Below, one piece after another: positions 50,299 through 64,000 of a stretch of DNA of 64,000 bases. The notes under the pieces are model-generated. The model was not told the DNA's origin, made no database searches, and worked only from the letters and a program-made list of their open reading frames with translations. The translations under genes were made by a program, and so were the position numbers. This DNA comes from Eledone cirrhosa. Taxonomy: Eukaryota. The stretch lies in the NCBI GenBank assembly GCA_964016885.1, contig OZ024742.1:323516001-323580000 (forward strand). Reading direction: 5' to 3'. Each line of letters opens with the position of its first letter. The first letter of the stretch is position 1.

Positions 50299-51229
50299 CA
50301 ACATTCCTAAGTTTCATCGTGGGTATTTTAAGATGTGATCATGTTACAGCTACCTGTGTAAATGTGTGAAAATGACATTGGTGACTATAATACTCACTCA
50401 ATACTGAGGTAAAGAAGCTAATAGCTTATACATAAATTTTGCAAATAATTGTTGCTACTATTGATATATACTGTATATATATATATGGTTAATAAATGAA
50501 AAAAACTTTTTTTTTAAAAGAGGAAGGTCGGCGGGTATGGTGACAACAATTGGTGGGTGAGAGGCGTTGGGCGACAGGTGGGTGGTGGGGACAGGTGTGT
50601 GGGGGAGGGGAAGGAGGGAATTTACTTTGTGAAGTTTAGGGGTGGTGAGGAAAGAAAATGGTTTGTGGTTGAGGTTTATGTATGTATATATGTATAGGCA
50701 GCGAATTGGCAGAGTTGTTAGAACGTTGGATAGAATGCTTTGTAGTATTCCTTTTGGCTCTCTGCTCTCTGAGTTAAATCCCGCCGAGGTCAATTTTGCC
50801 TTTCATCCATTCAAGGTCAATAAAAAAAAGTACCAGTCTAGTATTGGGGTTGATTCTTCCTCTATATCTCTTTCTCACTCTATCTATCCTTGTCTGGAAG
50901 AAATCTACTGTATTCAGGCTTGGAGAGGAGATGGGCTCTGCCAGGTTTAAAGAATACCCTAGAAACGCTGTATGTCAATATGGCACCCCTATCACTCTCC
51001 CGGGAGTAATGGGTCCATACCATACCATACCATACTATATATATATACTATGCATGTATATATATATTATCTTCTATTCAGTCAGGCAGATTGCCCTGAC
51101 CAATTATTTTACTCCTCTTTTTCAGACATCACAATCTTCCATGGCATTGTTTAGATCATCAATCCCCAGCTGGACATATCAAGATAGCTCATAGATGTAG
51201 ATCATTCTCAGTTGTTCCGATAGGATCTT

Positions 51230-52010
51230 ACCATGTCTAGGCATCCACAACAATAGGCGGCTCATCACTGCTTTGGTAGCAATGCCTAGCATATCTTATC
51301 CTCCACTCCCTAATTATTGTGGCAATTTTCAATACCTGCCTATATATTTCTTCTGTTGTCAGATGTTGCTTCCACAGTTTATCAAGTACAGTACACAGCA
51401 TGTGAGTATATGTGCCATCCAATTTGTTCTCAAGCTTTCTGGTCACTGTCCAGGTTGATGTTCCATACAGTAGAATGATTTACACAGTTGCTTGGAAAAA
51501 GTTCCTCTTTATTTTTTCATTTAGCAATGACTTCCATATTGGCCTTAGCCTGTTGAGTGCCCTCCAGGCTTTGGCAATATGGATCATCACATCTTTCTCA
51601 GTGGAGAATTTACCACTTCCCAATTATGTGAAATGTTCAACTTTCTTCAGAGGTTATCTGTTAAGTGTACATATTTCATCATCTTGATTGAAGCTTATGT
51701 ATTCTGTTTTGGTTGCATTCACATAGTGGCTAAACCATGAAACTGCCTCTACCAGTACATGCAGTAACTTCTCCACATTTGCAATCTTGTCAGCAAAGTG
51801 GTCAAGTTCATCTACATAGTCAGCGTTTGTGTTCTGCAGGCCTTCTGGTTCTTGCTTTCTGGAGAGTAAAACTGATGTTGTTGTATAGTTCTACTGAAGT
51901 CTGAAGGACATAGTCCAGAGTGATGATAAACAGAAAAGTCACCAGAATATTTGCTTGTAGGACTTTGGCCTGAATGCTGAAGAAGTCTGTATCACTGTCA
52001 GGAGATAGAT
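51230..52010 (-). mobile_element. Decayed RT fragment of a different RTE-like LINE family
   Basis: FLFIITLDYVL, KLENKLDGTYT..L and RIRYARHC motifs; many stops. Confidence 0.7.
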
Positions 52011-52014
52011 TTTG

Positions 52015-54742
52015 TGTTCTTATAGAGATAGATTTTATCCTCATCAGAGGACGTGACAGATGGACGGTCGTAAACACAAAAGCCTTCCCTAGTGAGGAAT
52101 GTACCTCCCAACATAGTTTAGTTGTCAGCAACCTCACGGTCAGAACTAGATGAACGTGGAAACAGAGGCCAAGCTGGAGAAGAAAGATTTGGAAGCTGAA
52201 AGACCCCACAGCCAGTAACAGATTTAAAGATATTTTACTCAACGCCTATGACAGTAAAGAAGAACAGATAGAGACATTCAATGTAGAAGAGCACTGGGAG
52301 TTCCTAAAAAATAACTTACTAGAGGCAACGGATGAGATCTGTGGCTGGAGTAAGACCTCAAGCAGGAGGAGAGTGACTTGGTGGTGAACAATAAGGTAGA
52401 TGAGGCAGTTAAGGCCAAGAGACAGGCATGGAAAGAATGGAAGAACGGGGGAAGCAGGGTATATTACATAGAGACCAGGAAGGAAGCTAGGTGACAAGTA
52501 TACTTAGCTAGGAGGGAAGCAGAGGATAGAAAATTCAAGCATGTTTTGTAATGTGAGGACCAGAAACAGGAGGTGTTCAAGATTGCGAGGCAGTGTGTCA
52601 GAGAGAATTGTGATGTCATTGGAGAGAAGTGTATCTGGAATGATAAAGGTGAGTTTGCCCTCACAAGTGCTGAGAAGAAAGATGCGTGGAAGAGCCATTA
52701 TGATAGATTACTAAATGAGGAGAATGAATGGGAAGAAGAGACCCTACCCCAAGTAGACCCTATAGAGGGGCCGGCAGTACAAGTCAGCAGCAGTGTAGTA
52801 AGTAAGGCAATCAAAGATATGAAGATGGGGAAGGCAACCAGCCTATCGGGTATAGCTGCCGAGATGCTGAAGGCATCTGGGTCGGTAGGTCACACTATAA
52901 CCACACGTATTGTTAACCAGGTAATACTAGAAGGTGTAATACCAAAGAATTGGTGCAGTAGCATCATTGTCAACTGTTACAAAGGTAAAGGTGATGCACT
53001 AGATAGAGGAAACTATAGAGGTATAAAGCTGATGGACCAGGTCATGAAAGAAACAGAAAGAGTTATAGCACAGTTGATTAGGGACCGGGTGAGATGTAAT
53101 TTGGGTTTGTGGCAGGAAGAGGCACCACTGATGCCCTTTCCTTGTGAGGCAGTTACAGGAAAAGTACCTAGCTAAAAGTAAGCCATTCTACCTGGCATTT
53201 GTCGATCTCAAGAAAGCCTTTGACAGAGTTCCCCCGTGCTATAATCTGGTGGGCTCTTAGAAAACTAGGAGTAGATGAATGGCTCGTGAAAGCTGTACAA
53301 GCCATGTATAGAGGAGCAGTCAGCAAAGTTAGGATTAGCAATGAGTATAGCGAGGAATTTAGTGTACAGGTCGGTGTCCACCAGGGCTCTGTTTTTAGCC
53401 CTCTCTTGTTCATCATAGTCCTGCAAGCAATAACGGAGGAGTTTAAGACCAGATGCCCATGGGAACTCCTGTATGCAGATAACCTCGCACTTATAGCTGA
53501 ATCTATGGTAGAACTAGAGAAGAAATTCCAAACTTGGAAGCAGGGACTAGAAAGAAAGGGTCTCAAAGTCAACCTGACAAAGACTAAGGTCCTTGTAAGT
53601 AGACGAGAAAACAGAACCCAGATCCCCTCAGGGAAATGGCTTTGCTCAGTATGTAGGAAAGGTGTAGGTAGGAACTCCATTCTCTGCCCCATATGCAAAC
53701 AATGGGTACAAAAGAGATGTAGCGGGATCTCAGGAAGCTTAACTAAGAATGTAGGCTTCACATGTAGCAGCTGTGCTGGGACATCAAGCAGCAAACAGCC
53801 ACAGAAAACAAGTACCACTAATCTCTGGGAGAGCTCTGTAGAAACAGTAGACAGCATCTGCTACCTAGGTGACCGAATTAGCAGCGGAGGTGGGTGTTCA
53901 GAAAGTACAATAACTAGGGTAAGAACGGGATGGAAGAAGTTCAGGGAGCTACTGCGACTGCTAGCTGCAAAAGGATTTTCCATCAAAATGAAAGGCAGAC
54001 TGTATGATGCATGTATACGAACAGCAATGTTGCATGGTAGTGAGACCTGGGCACTGACTGTGGAAGACTTGAGTAGATTAGAAAGAAACGAAGCTTGCAT
54101 GCTCCGATGGATGTGTAATAGTAATATACGTGAACGACAAAGCATAAATGAATTGAGAGAGAGACTGAGCATAAGAGGAATCAAATGCTGTGTGCAGGAG
54201 AGGCAGTTGCATTGGTATGGACATGTGATGCGTATGAAGGATGATAGCTGCATAAAACGGTGCAGAGCACTAGAAGTCGATGGAAACCGCAGAGTGGGGA
54301 GACCCAAGAAGACCTGGGATGAGGTGATAAAAGCCGACCTTACCCAATTACACCTCTCAAAGGCGATGACACACGGCCGTGACCTCTGGCGTTACGCAGT
54401 AATAGAGAAGACCCGACCCTCCATGGGTACAAGCTGAAGCTGAAGCATATAGACAATATGCCCTCACACCCTGCCACTGCAAAGTGGTCGTAGAGATGCC
54501 ATGGCAAAAAAGCACCCAGCCCACACTGTAAAGTGGCCGTGTAGGCGCCACGGAAAAAAAAGCACCCAGCACTCACTGTAAATGAGGTTGGTGTTAGGAA
54601 GGGCATCAAGCTGTAGAAATCAAGCCAGAATCAGTTCCCGCATGAGCAAGACAAGGTCAGCCGACCGGACACTGCCCACAACAGGACAACCCGTCTAACC
54701 CATGCTAACGTGGAAGAACAGACGTAAAAAGGTGATGATGAA
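52015..54742 (+). mobile_element. RTE-type LINE, related second subfamily, 5'-truncated and decayed
   Basis: ORFs 52573-53175 and 53199-54437 with RT and zinc finger; distinct 3' UTR ending GATGATG. Confidence 0.92.
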
Positions 54743-55649
54743 TCATGACTGCCTTAACTATTTTTGGTATTCCATAGACTCATAGTATTTTAGCCATTTT
54801 CCCTCTCTGCACTGAACTGAAGGCTTTCAAGAAGTCCACAAAGAGCCCAGTTCTTCAGTGAACGGGCCTTTCCTAATGGGAAGTTCATTTTCTATGATCC
54901 TCCCAACTGGTAGATCATTTACAACAAGAGCTTTTACCAGTAGGTTCGCAAAAATGGTCTTTCCAGTTCTTCAGTCTTTCTTCTTGGTTTACTGCTTTTA
55001 GTTTGGCTTGGGCTGATCTCTTTCTTCCACTAATATCATTTACAGTTTGCCAAGCAAATATTAATTGTTGATTTTTAGCAGCCATTTGGATGGTATCAAT
55101 CTACTGCTGTATGTATGTTTGTTGCTCACTGTTGTAAATTTCCTAAAGTTTATGCCTTGTAGTTTTATACCTGATTATGTTTACTTTGGTAGTTTTTGAG
55201 CTTGGCCAACTTTTTCATGCACTCTCTCTTTGCAGCCAGTTTCATTCTCCCAAAATACTTTCTTTTTGCGCTTCAGAAACATACATTCTTCAGCGACTAG
55301 TTTCGGTATGTCTTGTTTGTGTCTGATATGTTAGACTCATCTTGAAGAAGCTGGAAATGATAGTGAATTGCTCCCAGGTATTCTCATTGATGGAAAGTTG
55401 TTTCCAGTCATATGCAGGTTTCCTTGAGATCTTCCTTCTGTTTCAATGCAGAATCAGCTGCAAACGTCTTGATATTATGTTATGGTCTGAAGACACATCT
55501 TTATCTGTCTTCTCTTCAATATTCTCCCGGGAGAATATTGAAGAGAAGATGGATAAAAGGGAAAACGACTGTATTGGATGTGTTGTCTGGTATGAGGTGA
55601 GACCATAATGTGTTTGTGTGAGAGATAGAGACATAAAAAAAGAGCAATC

Positions 55650-55850
55650 AGAAAATTTCCTTATTAGGCTGGGGGAGTAAACTGCCAATTAAATGGTAGC
55701 ATTGGCCTTGGATTTTAAATATGAAATAACCATAGTTAGTATGATCTTTTGCAGCTTCAAAGGACGTCATCTGAAATGCAGCAATATACCGCATAACATT
55801 GCTTCTGAAGTGTATATGGATAAAAGCTGGAGGGTAGATTAATTTCAAAT
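55650..55850 (-). mobile_element. Helitron Rep N-terminal remnant
   Basis: AFQMTSF..FKIQGQCYHLIGSLLP motif typical of Helitron Rep/Hel proteins. Confidence 0.8.
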
Positions 55851-58337
55851 AGTATCAATTTTTCTTTGTTCTGTAAAATAAAAGACTGTAAAACTATTTT
55901 ATAAAAGCTAACACAATATTGTTAAACCTTCCTATAGATTAAAAGTTCTATAGTTTAAGCTGATTCTTTTGTGGGACGTCACTCTCCCTCTGAATATCTA
56001 ACACTTTAATTGTATCTCTCTCTGTATAATGGTCTATCTGTCTCTTTTTAGATGTGTGTGCAGTTTTTGTGTGATTCAACCAACCAGCCAGCCAATAAAC
56101 ATCTCTCTTTTATATTATATATAGATGATCATAATGATACCCCTAAATGCAGATGACATCAGCTTGATGTTTTATCAACGATAATACAAGTTCTGAAGAT
56201 TGACATATTCTTTGTAGCATGCGTACATTGAAAGTTGATATTCATATATATATATATAATGAAAACATTTCCTTAACATATTCAAGCCATGGCCATCAAT
56301 TTTTTTTTAGAAATAGTGTAATGAGTCATTAGAATGTTGGATAGAATGATTTGTCATATTAGTTCTGGCTCTCTATGCTCTGAGTTCAAATTATGCTGAG
56401 GTCAACTTTATCTTTCATCCTTTTAAGGTCAATAAAAAAAGTACCAGTACTGAGGTTGATTTTCCTCTCTGTCTCTTTCTCACTTCCTTTTTATCTTTGT
56501 CTCTCCCCTGGAAGAAATCAAATTTGTTCAGACCTGAAGAGGGTGGGTTCCACCATATTTATAATGTCTAAGATAAACCATATATGACTTCAGTATCCCT
56601 ATAACTCCATCAGGAGTTGTGGGTCCATACATATCACGAAAAATGTGTAAGTTCTTTGAAGCATCATTCAATTTAATGAATAAATTCCCTTCAAAGAGGT
56701 AAAACCAAAATGTCTAATACATAAGTAGGCAGGAATCAAAAACAAAAGTAACTATTACACAAACAGTAAGAAATTAGTAACTAATACATAAACAGAATCT
56801 AAGAATAAATACTTGCTGAATAGATTCCATTTTGCTGGAGGAATAAATTAACTATAGAGAAATAATAGTTAGATTAAGTTTTTCTGAGGAGGTCCAATAA
56901 GACCATATCATACCTGGAGTTGTAACTCTATTGCTACAGATGAAGCTCACTCATATCCATTTTTATTCCACAGTTAATTAATTTTGATTCATTTCAGGTT
57001 TTTTTCCCCCCTATTGATCTCCATTTTTAAAACCAGAATTAGTTATCTCAGAAATGATTATTCTCATCACCAAGTCTGTAATTTTAATTATTTAAAGTGT
57101 TTGCACAACTAATGTTTAAACTTACTCACTTTCCATTGCAATCTAATGAGCCACTTCGTGAAGTGGAATGGTTGATGCAGTGGGTGTCACTGTATATTCT
57201 CCGCAGAAATACTTTTGCCATCTTATCTGTTGGGCACATCTTATCTTCGAACATGCAACAAAGGACCCCCCTCACCCCGGAAATTGGAAGGGGAAGGACG
57301 GGACCCTCGGACCTGCACTCCCTCCAGAGTTTTCTTTATCCTTTAACTCTAACCCCAATACCAACCTACCCAGGTGTGTGTGTGCGTATGTGTGTGAAAA
57401 GTCCGAGCGTTCCACCCTCCGTATTCCGGGTAAAAAGTCCTTTGCAGCATGTTCGGCGGTAAAATTAGTTGGCAGCGAAAAAACAGAAAGAATAAGAAAT
57501 GGTAAAGAAAACTCCATTTTCCGGAGAAAAAAGTCCTTCCCACCATGTTGTGGGATAAGTTTAATTGATAGCACATGAATAAAAAAAAAATATTTCCGAC
57601 TGAAATCGTTGGGGGTGTCTTTCTATAATAATACCCAAACAAAATCACTCACTTATTCTGTCATAAGATAAAGCTGTTATTATAAGGATCACGGTATCGT
57701 AAAACACTTGCTTTAATATAATATGGATTCCACTAAACGACTATTATTCGATTTTTACCACTATGTAAACACACCTAACAAATCAGCTGTTTTAACTTTA
57801 CTCGACGGTGTTATACTTTTTGTCTACCCCTATTCAAATTTATGTGGCCAGACTAAATTTGCTAACAACAAAAGAGACAAAAGAATTTGTAAATATAAAG
57901 AAAATTCACATAATTTTAACGCCAGCAATATATTTAATTGTAAAAAGGAACGATATATGTGAAACAAAATGACTATTTATCTTAATAACTATTCGTGTCG
58001 AGAAGTAAACAAAGAGACGACGCTATGAGAAGCGTACACCGTGAGTAGAATTCATATCCGGAGAGATTGCCTATTTTGTTCTTTCTGAACAGGTCACTTC
58101 AGACGACAGTTCTGCATAAAGTTGACAAGGTAATTAGAATTTTTTTTTTCCAATTAATTTATTTCCTTCCAACACACATGTATGTAATAAATTTGGAACT
58201 TTTGTTTGTTTAAACAGTTTTATATACTTTTTATTAATAGATTCTAAGTTAATATAACTTGTTTGCGTGGAAACAGACTTAGTAACAAGATCTCTGGAAA
58301 GAGATACGAAAAAGTTGGGAAATCTTTAAGAGATGTT

Positions 58338-59062
58338 GGCGATATCCAATTTTAGTGGACTAAATGCTGCTTACGTGCTGTAGTTGCTGCTTACTTCAAT
58401 GTATGAGGCTATTCCAACAAATTTACATTCCCTTTTTTTAGCCGTTAAAAGAAATATAGATTTATTTATTGTTTTTGCGATTTATTTGCCACTGGGGCAT
58501 AGATTTCTTTATTTGCCACGTTTTTGTTTGTTTGTTTTTTTTGCCGATCTGTGGGGATATGTCGCCGGCCAACAAATGGTCCTCTTCTTCCGATACCACT
58601 TCGAAAGAAGGATCAAGGTGGAGAGAAAGGCACTCAGTCCCAGCCAATTCCATGAAAGATGGGTGAAAGTAGCAATAATGGCCCATCTCTCTATATCGGC
58701 TTGTACAGGTAAGAGAAGAAGGGAGCACCCCCCTCTCTCTCTGTGCTCCCTGGCAGAAAGGTCGTACACTTTCTACGGGGGTGTGTGTGACCCCAAAAGG
58801 CTGCCTCTCTATTGAGGACTTAATTTTTTATATTCCTTTTTAATCACTCGTTAAATGTTTGTACTCGATTTTTGTAAAAACTTCCCCCGTCTAATGCTCT
58901 AGTGGCAAATAAATCGCAAAAAAAAAACAATAAATAAATCTATATTTCTTTTAACGGCTAAAAAAAAGGGAATGTAAATTTGTTGGAATAGCCTCATACA
59001 TTGAAGTAAACAGCAACTACAGCACGTAAGCAGCATTTAGTCCACTAAAATTGGATATCGCC
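58338..59062. mobile_element. Non-autonomous TIR element (Merlin-like MITE)
   Basis: About 165-bp TIRs starting GGCGATATCC; perfect 8-bp TSD GAGATGTT at 58330-37 and 59063-70. Confidence 0.88.
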
Positions 59063-61671
59063 GAGATGTTTTCATATTTAAGATTTCCCTCTATATACTT
59101 ATATGTAATTGAAAAGATGCTACTTGATCGTTTATACGTTATTTCGCATATTTCCCGAGAAGAATGTATGTGTTTATTTTTTCATATTCACATTATAGAC
59201 ATCCGATGATAAAGGTGTATCTTAAAAAAAAGAAATTCCTATAAGTGCAACTTTGTGATTTCGTAAAGGATGTCCATCATACGATGAAAGTAGAGACACC
59301 ACGTCATTTATATAAGGTTCATATGAGTCAACGAGAGTACGTGGCGCTCCAATCACCTGAAACAGTAGATAAATCCCCACTCTAGAAAAGGTAGAACAAT
59401 TGGATATCTAGTTCTATATGTTCTGTTTAATAAATACACTGAGTGGGACATATTTGATGAGGGATGTCTTGGAACTAAGCAAGATATGGTTACATAAGGC
59501 ATTTATTAAACCATTTGATACCAAACTACTTAAAACCGGCACTGGTTCTGTTAATTTTCAAGTGTTTATTTATCTAAAAACCTTCCATTATAATTTTACG
59601 TATGGACCTATGTTCCAAACACTAGCCTAATAAAGAGAAAGTCATATTACTAAATCCCCCAAAATTCTTGATTGTTTTCAAAATTATTTGGAAATCATAG
59701 GTAGTATCTTTTATTAGAAATATTTTAACGAAAGTGTTTATAAGAGATTATGGACATTGGCTCAATAAATAAACTAGTAATTAGTAGGGTAGGCACTATT
59801 TTCTAATATATTATTAATAGTCATAGTACTGTGTACGGTGTGAACTTACAAAGTTTTATTGATCAATTAATATGAAGAATAACAAACAGTAGAAGCAAAG
59901 TCCGGAACAAAAAAGATTCACTATCCGATATAATATTAACCCTTTCGTGTTAACTATTTCAGACCTTTTGAGAATGCCATGAAAACTCTACAATCCAATT
60001 TTCTCTTCTTATCTAAATGTGGGACATGAAGAATAGGTTGAGCTATATTGTGTGCGTCAGAGCGAGATTGTTCCGCTAAGTCATCTCCAATTATTTACCA
60101 CTCATATTGAGGTAATACAAGAGAACTAACTACCTGTTATATTATTAACTAACATCTCATCCAACAGAGCTTATAGTAGTGGTGGCTGGTGCACCACTCA
60201 ATTTTAGTGTTTATTTAAAAAAGCTGTCCTATATGTTGCTTGAAAATATTTTCAACGTTACCTAAGAATATGTTGTATGCATGTTATGATGCAAAACAAA
60301 ATTATACAGCTTATGAAGATGTTTTGAATAAAATGGATGATAATATTCAACTATCAAATATTCTTTTTTTACTATGAAATATGCTGGAACTCATGATCCT
60401 CCTCCACCTCCTCCTCCCACTTATTCCTAGGAGAGTTGTTGGGTAGAGTCCCCAGACACACCTTCCAGTGGGTCCTGTCAAAAGCAACCATCTCCAATTT
60501 ATTTGGCTGGATCCCCAAGTGAGAGTAGCCAAGCTCACGGATGTTATCCAACCATCTTGCTACCACTGGGTCTCCTGCTGGCTGGTTTTGCCTGTAAAAA
60601 TCTGTCCAGCTATTCTTTCCTGAGACATTCTGACCATATGACTGTAGTATCAGAGCTGTGATCTGTCAATACTGGAAATATATCATTGTGAGGTTTGTAA
60701 GAAAGCTTGATCACTATGACCGAAGACTTGAGGGTTGAAAGTTTAATTAATGCTATGATTCAAAATATTGGTGGTGATGGATTGGCAGAGCCATTAGAGC
60801 ATTGGACAAATACTTAGAAGTATTTGTTCTGGGTTTTTACATTCTGAGTTCAAATCTTGCTGAGGTCAATAAAATAAAGTACCAGTCAAATACTGGGGTT
60901 GATGTAATCGACTTTACCTACCTCCCAAAATTGTCTTTTGTCCAAATTAGAAATCGTTATTCAAAGTGTCGAAAATGTTGGACTAAAGCAGGAAAATATT
61001 TTGTCTCAGTGTTATGACGGTGCTTCAGTAATGTTTGGCTGTATTTGTCCCCCACCCCATAAAAAAAAACTCCCAAAATATTACAATATAAATTGAAAAC
61101 AACATCCCATATGTGTACCAGTTGCATTTGATTGTAGTTCATGCAACTGAAAAAAGTCCTAATGTTGAATAGTTTTTTCTGTGCAGACCAAATTGTTTTA
61201 CTGGATCAAGGGTACAAATTTGAATTATTCATTAGAACAATGGTGGCCTGGACATCTAGCAACTGTCGCTGCCATACTTTCTAATTATGAACACAGTGCA
61301 AATACTTTGGGATTTAGAAAATGACCATTAGTATTTTAGCATGGAAAAATGGACTTTAAACAGTGATGATTACTAGCCCCAAATTCTAGACCATTGATGT
61401 AATAAATAAGTCGATATAACATCATGATTGTGATTTGTCTGAAGGACTCAGTGCTATATTGAATATTTTAAATATTGTAAGAGATGAAAATAACTTTTAA
61501 ATTTCATTTAAAAGATGATTATTCTATTCCTGAAGAGTTTCAGAACATCTTACACAATCATCAGTTTTAATGTCAATGTAAGTGCATGGAAATTTTGACA
61601 ACAAATATATTTATTAATTATATCTACAAAAAGCAAGCGTTTTGTTTTGAAGACGGCAAGTGAAGATTGAA

Positions 61672-61866
61672 ATTAAGTTAGAAATAGAAGCTTTTGCCAG
61701 ATTTTGACTAATGAAAATTAGCCTGATAGTGGGGTTTAAAACCCTCTAAATGGAAAAGGATGAGTATTGACTACTCATCCTTTTCCATTTAGAGGGTTTT
61801 AAATCCCACTATCAGACTAATTTTCTTTAGTCAAAATATGGCAAAAGCTTCTATTTGTAACTTAAT
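61672..61866. repeat. Palindrome of about 195 bp, homologous to the 34.1-kb palindrome
   Basis: Shared TAGCCTGATAGTGGGGTT..CCCTC..AAATGGAAAA.GATGAGTATTGAC arm. Confidence 0.88.
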
Positions 61867-64000
61867 ATCTTCAAAAGTATTTTTGATAACTGCATTGGAG
61901 AACTTGAAAGTCAATTTAATAAATACAACACAAGAATATTTGCAGGTATAGAAGCTTTATTTCCTTAACTGTCAACATGAAACTTCATTAGCCAGACATT
62001 CTTGAAAAGTACAAAACAGCACTATAACTGCATTACATTAAAATTGAAGTTTTTACTTTACTTCACTGCAGAATATTACAATATCTCCACCAGTAAAGAT
62101 ACTGTAAACATTTAAATTAACAAACATTTTTAGATATTTCGTGCTGAAGTATTACAGGTTAAGAATTTATCAGAAGCATTCTTTAACCCTTTAGCATTTA
62201 CATTACTCTATATTTACTATTGCATTTTCACTGTAAATGCTTTACTTCACATATTAAATCTATGAGATTTTGATATTATTTATTTTGAGAACAATACCTT
62301 AACATCAGTATGAGCAGCCAGTTTGAACAGAAAGAGGTGAGAGAATTCTGGCTAGATGTGGCCAGTTTAAATGCCAAAGAGTTAAAGTACCAAATTTGCT
62401 TTTCTGTTTGAGAACTGGTCAATATCAACTATGGATAGCGTCCAATAATTATATTTTAGAAAACTGTCAAATATTTGTTTTTCATTATATCTATCACAGA
62501 TTGCTTTTCCATACAAACTCCCATTCCTTACAAGTAATATGTATGAGTCATCTTTCCCTAATCTGACTTATACACTTTCAGCATTCTATGGTACATCAAT
62601 GAAAGAACAACCTCATATTTACATTCATAGGAGAGTGGTCGATTGCCCTTATCAGTAGAATGTCAGACAACATGCTTGGTGGCATATACTTATGGCCCTT
62701 TAAGTTCTGGGTTCAAATCCCACCGAATTCTAAAAATGATACAACCATCATCACCATCAACATTTTATGTCTTCTTTTTCATGCTTGCATGGGTTTGATG
62801 AGTCTTTTCCAGTATAGACTTCCTCCAACTGGAGAGAAATGAAGCGAGCCTGTTCTGCTGGATGTGTAATGTTGGAGTGAATAAACAATAGAGCACTAGT
62901 GAGCTGAGAGAAAAGTTGAATATAAAAAGAATCAGATGTAGTGTGCAAGAGAGCAGAGTGTGTTGGTGTGGGCATGTGATGCATATGGAGAATGTCAGTT
63001 GTATAAAAGAAATGCTGAGTGTTTGAAGTGGATGGAAGAGGGAGACCATAGAAGACATGAAACAAAGTGATGACAACTGACCTTAAGAAGTATACTTCAC
63101 AGACAAGATGACCAATGATATGCTGTGCTGGGGAAGATCCACAATGGTGAATGTTGTTAAAATAAAGATGATTGTGATAGTGATTTATTATCCTTTTGTT
63201 CACTGTGTGTGTGTCACCTTCATCTGCTGCTTATTCACCGCCATCTCATCTATCCCTTTCTACACTATTCAGTATACCATGCTGAGTAACGAAAACATTT
63301 GATATGTATCCCTCCACTCCCACATCCAATACCACCCATTAACTTTTTCACTCCCATTATCGGTAGAAGGTCGGACGCCATGCTTTGCAGCATAGAGTTA
63401 CGGCCCTTGCTATTCTGAGTTCAAATCCCGCCGAGGTTAACTTTGCCTTTCATCCTTACGGGGTTGATAAAATAAAGTACCAGTAATGCACTGGAATAAT
63501 TGCTGGCCTTGTGTCATCAAAAGTAGAAACAATTATCATTAACACGGGTTGGACGCCATGCTTTCTAGCATAGTTACGTCCCTTTACGGTCTGAGTTCAA
63601 ATCCCGTTGAGGTTAACTTTGCCTTTCATCCTTACAGGGTTGATAAAATAAAGTATCAGTAATGTACTGGGTAATTACTGGCCTTGTGCCAAAAGTAGAA
63701 ATAATTATCATTAACACACTACCTTTCTCTCTTACCATCATTCTTCTTCCTTGACACATTACCTGCTGGTCTCTATAATGTAGAAAAATCACCATCCTCA
63801 CAATGACATCAAGTTGTGGCAGAGATTTATGACATTCTACATTGTAAAATACATAGGAGACCCAGGGTTAGACCCTGAGCAAGATGACTGGATAATATCT
63901 ATGAGCTTGGGTATCCAGCTGGATCAGTTGGAGCTGGTTGCTTCTGACAGGATCAACTAAAAGGAATGTTTGTGGACTCTGCTCCCACGACCCTCTCAGG

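Noticed and set aside
57097-57648. Several overlapping 99-136 aa ORFs
   Set aside because: No domain motifs; the region looks like a decayed non-autonomous DNA transposon whose ends I could not define
59198-59275. Hammerhead-like GACATC-CGATGA...GATGTC, plus CTGAAGA-like hits near 55488, 56193 and 61529
   Set aside because: Core incomplete (no properly placed GAAA and stem III, or mutated CUGA); cannot be supported

Overview
Eukaryotic, AT-rich, repeat-dense window. The tRNA-headed Nin-domain SINEs, RTE LINEs and a mollusc-type arginine kinase suggest an octopod cephalopod (inferred, not verified). Host genes: (1) the first 11 coding exons of eIF2B epsilon (EIF2B5) on the minus strand, 38074 down to 18, all GT-AG with consistent phases, continuing off the left edge; (2) an intact, intronless arginine-kinase-like ORF (46042-47109, +) that has lost several ATP-binding residues. 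The rest is mostly transposable elements: a near-intact RTE-type LINE with an internal Cys/His zinc-finger insert plus four partial copies, a CRE-like RLE retrotransposon, a Tigger/pogo transposon with TIRs, Helitron remnants with nested insertions, a solo LTR, Merlin-like and piggyBac-like MITEs, many SINEs, a 60-bp minisatellite and very long (TA)n tracts with an assembly gap. The most interesting signal is RNA-level: a 466-bp tandem repeat in EIF2B5 intron 1 carries a canonical minimal type-I hammerhead ribozyme in each full unit, on the host sense strand (retrozyme-like). Two more hammerheads with Penelope-like context lie on the opposite strand of the same intron.
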